Assembly (NCBI GenBank): GCA_047150005.1
Contig: AP038806.1
Span: forward strand, 96,001 to 160,000
From: Nitrospira sp.
Lineage (GTDB): Bacteria; Nitrospirota; Nitrospiria; Nitrospirales; Nitrospiraceae
Direction: 5' to 3'
Length of the DNA stretch: 64,000 nucleotides
Position numbers and translations under genes: made by a program. The notes under the pieces are model-generated. The model did not search any database, was not told the origin of the DNA, and was given only the letters and a program-made list of their open reading frames with translations. Shown piece by piece: positions 60,492 to 64,000 of the stretch (position 1 is its first letter; every line of letters begins with the position of its first letter).

Positions 60492-61577
60492 TCAGCCGAC
60501 ATGTCGATACAGGAGCCGACCCGCCAAGACCAGCACCTTGCGAGGAACGCGGGCACAAACGGTTGTCGCCAGACGCACTTTCAGACGTTCCAAACGGGGT
60601 GACACCACATCGGCAGGACCACGCCACCGGGTAAGAGGCACCGCGTAGGCTCCCCAGCGCTCCTTAAACCTAATCAATCCCGGATTGTCGATCTCCGAGC
60701 GACCAAGGTCTAGCTCCTCCATCCCGGCCAATTTCGCTGCTTGGATGGCTTTCCACAAAAGCATCGGGGTCGCTCCCAGACTGTTAAACCGGGCATCTGA
60801 GCCTCCGTACTTGTAATACATCTTTTTCTTGTGATTCATGGTCAAGATTCCTGCAATGGGCTGGTCCCCCTTAAAAGCCACCCGAATACAGACATCCTTT
60901 CCCATACAGGAGACAAGATTCTGAAACCACTCCAACGGCTGCGGCGGGAGATGTTGACGCGACCTCGACAGTACGATGAGCTCATAAAATGAGCGGACGA
61001 GGCATTCGTCCCTACCATCCTCGTACCTCAGTCCTTGGTGGTCCGCGCGACGAATTCTCCTTCTAATGCAACTCTTATGGAATCCCTTATACAGGGCATC
61101 GAGGCTCGACCGGAGGTCGAGCCGATGCCATCGAAAGACTTCGCACTCCCTAAGGCCCTCCTCGACACCGCTGAGGACGCCGCTGGTTCGCATTTCGACA
61201 TACTTCCATCGCTGTGTTCTTCGGAGCGTTTCGATATGAGCACAGAGCGCCCGGAGTTGCTCGATGTGTTCGACCAGCGGTTCGCAGTGGTCCGTGAAGG
61301 GCAGCGACACCAGACGGCAGCCGGTCAGCCAACTTCGAGCAATACAAAACAAAAGGGCGTTGGTCAGCTTCTCAGATGGCCTGGAGGTCGTAAAGGCGAC
61401 CGGTTCATATCCGTAGGTGGTACGCAACGCTTGAAGCCAACCGATGGTATGGAAAACGGAAGAGATCGGATGTCTATCGACGAATTCGGGCCACCGATTA
61501 TCCCGAAGAGGGCTTATTGTCCAGACACGACCTCGTTCCAAGACCATCGCACCCCTCTCGGCATCAGGTTCGCCCAC
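60492..61577 (-). CDS. GNAT/FemAB-like acyltransferase
   Basis: VSLPFTDHC, DLGRS, GLIRFKERWGA. Confidence 0.8.
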   Translation of the reverse strand: MGEPDAERGAMVLERGRVWTISPLRDNRWPEFVDRHPISSVFHTIGWLQALRTTYGYEPVAFTTSRPSEKLTNALLFCIARSWLTGCRLVSLPFTDHCEPLVEHIEQLRALCAHIETLRRTQRWKYVEMRTSGVLSGVEEGLRECEVFRWHRLDLRSSLDALYKGFHKSCIRRRIRRADHQGLRYEDGRDECLVRSFYELIVLSRSRQHLPPQPLEWFQNLVSCMGKDVCIRVAFKGDQPIAGILTMNHKKKMYYKYGGSDARFNSLGATPMLLWKAIQAAKLAGMEELDLGRSEIDNPGLIRFKERWGAYAVPLTRWRGPADVVSPRLERLKVRLATTVCARVPRKVLVLAGRLLYRHVG

Positions 61578-61600
61578 AAGCTGCGGGTCCGAGGTTCCGG

Positions 61601-62533
61601 TCAGGTTTGTGCACGAGCCCCGTCATGGAGGTCATGCCCTAACCGCTGTTCCAACTTACGCAGCAACCAGACAAGAGAAAAGAGCACTGCGAGCGACACG
61701 ACAAAGAGCGGAATGCCGCCACTGCGATGAAGTGCGCTGTCCGTAATAAAAGCGGGATCGACATAGTTCGCCAGCAGCGCCAAGCCGACGATTCGGAAGG
61801 CGTTCTTAATGATGGCCAGCGGAACGACCAAGGCCACCAACACTGTTCTGGCCCACGCGGAGGTCAAAAACCAGTAGCCGGCCACGAGACTCGTAATAAC
61901 CAGTGAGAGAAAGGAGCGAATCCCGCTGCATTCCTCTGCAACAAAGATCGTGAAATTCGACAGGTGGAAGATGAATCCTTCGCGAATGACTTGGATTGGA
62001 AGGATCAGGAACATGAAATCTACCATGTCAGCTGATCCGCGCTGCAAGAAGCCGATGACCGCGTCGAGAAGAGCCGTAGGCAATGGAACCATGAAGAAAA
62101 GCATCATCAATGCGAACACGTTCTTTCGAACGCACTCAGCTCCAAAATTCAGCAGAAACAGGCCCCAGCACATCACAACAAAAGCCAAGACGGCCATAGC
62201 GAGTCGATCTTGTGTCCCGTCTTGTCCATCAGCGAGCCAGTAGCAGACGACGCCAACGGCCATGACCAAAGCGCCGGCCGTCGGACTCCATGCCTGGGAA
62301 GTCAGTATGGCGGTTCGGTTCAGAAACAGCAGGTAGATCGTCAGCACCGGAATCAACAATACGTGTGAGAGATGTTCGTTCGCTGCGGCGAGTGTAAAGA
62401 GATTCACGAGTGGTACCCAGAACCAGACGCACAGCGCACCGAATAACAGAAGGGCAAGGCCGTTCCGTTGCCCCGGACGCCCCAAGCCGGCTCCGTCCTT
62501 GTCAGAACGCCACGCTTTCACGAATGCCCGCAT
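61601..62533 (-). CDS. Exosortase
   Basis: SHVLLIP, VAEECSGIR, N.FRI, LH; multiple TM helices. Confidence 0.9.
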   Translation of the reverse strand: MRAFVKAWRSDKDGAGLGRPGQRNGLALLLFGALCVWFWVPLVNLFTLAAANEHLSHVLLIPVLTIYLLFLNRTAILTSQAWSPTAGALVMAVGVVCYWLADGQDGTQDRLAMAVLAFVVMCWGLFLLNFGAECVRKNVFALMMLFFMVPLPTALLDAVIGFLQRGSADMVDFMFLILPIQVIREGFIFHLSNFTIFVAEECSGIRSFLSLVITSLVAGYWFLTSAWARTVLVALVVPLAIIKNAFRIVGLALLANYVDPAFITDSALHRSGGIPLFVVSLAVLFSLVWLLRKLEQRLGHDLHDGARAQT

Positions 62534-62564
62534 GTGATTCTCTTGCGTCCGTGAATACTGTAGG

Positions 62565-63695
62565 TTAGCAGGCACCCCTGCCAGTAATGACCGCAGCCGG
62601 TGTCGCCAGCAGGATCTTGATGTCGAACCACAGGGACATGGTCCTGGCATACCGTAAGTCGAGGCGCACCATCTCATCGAACGTCGTGCGGCTTCGGCCA
62701 ACCACCTGCCAGAGACCGGTCATGCCCGGCACGGCCTCCAACACGCGACCTCGGTGCCACGGCTTGTACTGTTGCAGTTCGTACGGGAGCGGCGGCCGCG
62801 GCCCCACGAGAGACATGTCGCCGATCAGCACATTCCAGAGCTGAGGCAGCTCATCGAAACTTGTGCTTCGGAGAAACCAGCCGACGGGGGTGATCCTCGT
62901 ATCATTCGTGAGCTTGAAGACGACCGGCTTCTGTTGCGACTGCGCCTTGTCGCTGACGGTGATAAACCAGCTCACATAGTCGTGATGGACCCGGTGATCC
63001 GCCGTGACATACATTGTTCGGAACTTGTACATCGTGAAGGGCCTCATCAAATGCCCGACCCGTACCTGCCTGAATAGGACCGGCCCGGGTGAGGACAGCT
63101 TGACAAGAACGGCAAGGAGGGCGAACACCGGCAAAAGCACGAGGAGCAGCAGGGTACTGATCACAACGTCCATGCCTCGCTTGAAGATTTGAAAATTTAG
63201 GACAGCAGGCTGATTCGCCGAGAGTTCCGGATACAGCAGCGGATCCATGGAGAGTCCCTGCTCCTCGTTTGATGGGGTAGGCTCCGGGTACACACGCAAC
63301 CTGATCGAGAGGTGTTGGGCAAGCTCCTCATGACCTTGAAGCCTGATCGCACTCCGGACTGTACTTTCAAGGCGATCGCAGGTGCCAGCCTGGTCGGCTG
63401 GGCCGATCTCAGGCACGATCAGACCTATGACGCACGACGGTTCAAACCAACCAGGAATATCGAACTCCGAAGTGACCGTCGACAAGGCATTTGCCAGGAC
63501 GGCGGCGTAAGCAATCCCCTCCTTGCCCGACCTGTTCGGAAGGCCGACCAATAGCAGCACCATCGTCAGCCCGGAACGATCTGCACGCTTCCGTTCCCGC
63601 GTGACCGCCTGTTTGAAGAGCCGCTCGTCAAGCAGCATTTGGTATTGCGCCGTCACGGCGATCTCTCCGTCCATGACTATCCCGTCGTTTCTCAT
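62565..63695 (-). CDS. Polyprenyl-phosphate sugar (priming) transferase
   Basis: KRGMD, YKFRTM, DELPQLWNV, GPRP, PGMTGLWQV. Confidence 0.93.
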   Translation of the reverse strand: MRNDGIVMDGEIAVTAQYQMLLDERLFKQAVTRERKRADRSGLTMVLLLVGLPNRSGKEGIAYAAVLANALSTVTSEFDIPGWFEPSCVIGLIVPEIGPADQAGTCDRLESTVRSAIRLQGHEELAQHLSIRLRVYPEPTPSNEEQGLSMDPLLYPELSANQPAVLNFQIFKRGMDVVISTLLLLVLLPVFALLAVLVKLSSPGPVLFRQVRVGHLMRPFTMYKFRTMYVTADHRVHHDYVSWFITVSDKAQSQQKPVVFKLTNDTRITPVGWFLRSTSFDELPQLWNVLIGDMSLVGPRPPLPYELQQYKPWHRGRVLEAVPGMTGLWQVVGRSRTTFDEMVRLDLRYARTMSLWFDIKILLATPAAVITGRGAC

Positions 63696-63719
63696 CCGCT
63701 CCCCTCCAGCCCACGAAAC

Positions 63720-64000
63720 CTAGGCCAACACAATCTCCTTGTGCTGGTTGAGCGACTGCTCGGCCGCTTCGAGAATGCGCACGACACGCAGCCCCGCCAG
63801 TCCATCGTTGATCGGTTTTGTCCCCTTCAGAACGCAGTCCAGAAAATATCGTGCTTCCACCCTCAGCGCTTCTGCCTCTTCGATTTTTGGCGCGTACATA
63901 TCGCCGGTCCTATAGCTGACCAAGGCCGCATGCATGCCCGATTCATTCTTGATGTCGGCGCCTTTATCGTAGATGCGAAGCTTTTCCGCCAGGTCGAGGT
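63720..64000 (-). CDS. Gfo/Idh/MocA oxidoreductase, C-terminal part (5' end outside the window)
   Basis: EKLRIYDKG, YRTGDM.AP, GLRVVRILEAA. Confidence 0.75.
   Translation of the reverse strand, partial: LDLAEKLRIYDKGADIKNESGMHAALVSYRTGDMYAPKIEEAEALRVEARYFLDCVLKGTKPINDGLAGLRVVRILEAAEQSLNQHKEIVLA

Overview
GC-rich bacterial chromosome window, most likely a Nitrospira-like organism (inferred from gene content and the intergenic repeat type, not from a search). 1-36.6 kb is mostly housekeeping or ordinary accessory DNA: methyltransferases, lipase, lspA, an ABC-2/HlyD/TetR operon, RNB nuclease, NfeD-stomatin, a ProA paralog lacking its catalytic Cys, ltaE, gnd-zwf, a HEAT/HD-GYP pair, Skp, a radical SAM protein and serS. 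36.6-56.2 kb is a mobile hotspot around two tRNA-Ser genes. Its core is an ~11.8 kb phage-satellite-like element (38368-50158) bounded by a 23-bp duplication of the tRNA-Ser(TGA) 3' end. The element encodes a tyrosine integrase whose reading frame runs through the att core, an HTH regulator, an excisionase-like protein, a stand-alone primase zinc finger plus a RecA-like helicase flanked by iteron-like repeats, an HK97-type capsid protein and a large terminase. I find no recognisable portal, protease, small terminase or tail gene. It also carries defence-like cargo disrupted by IS481. Nearby are Xre-RES and HigBA toxin-antitoxin loci and an IS3 element inserted into a heptamer repeat. 56.3-64 kb is a PEP-CTERM/exosortase/PrsK-PrsR and exopolysaccharide locus. 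All family calls come from motif recognition by eye; no database searches were run.
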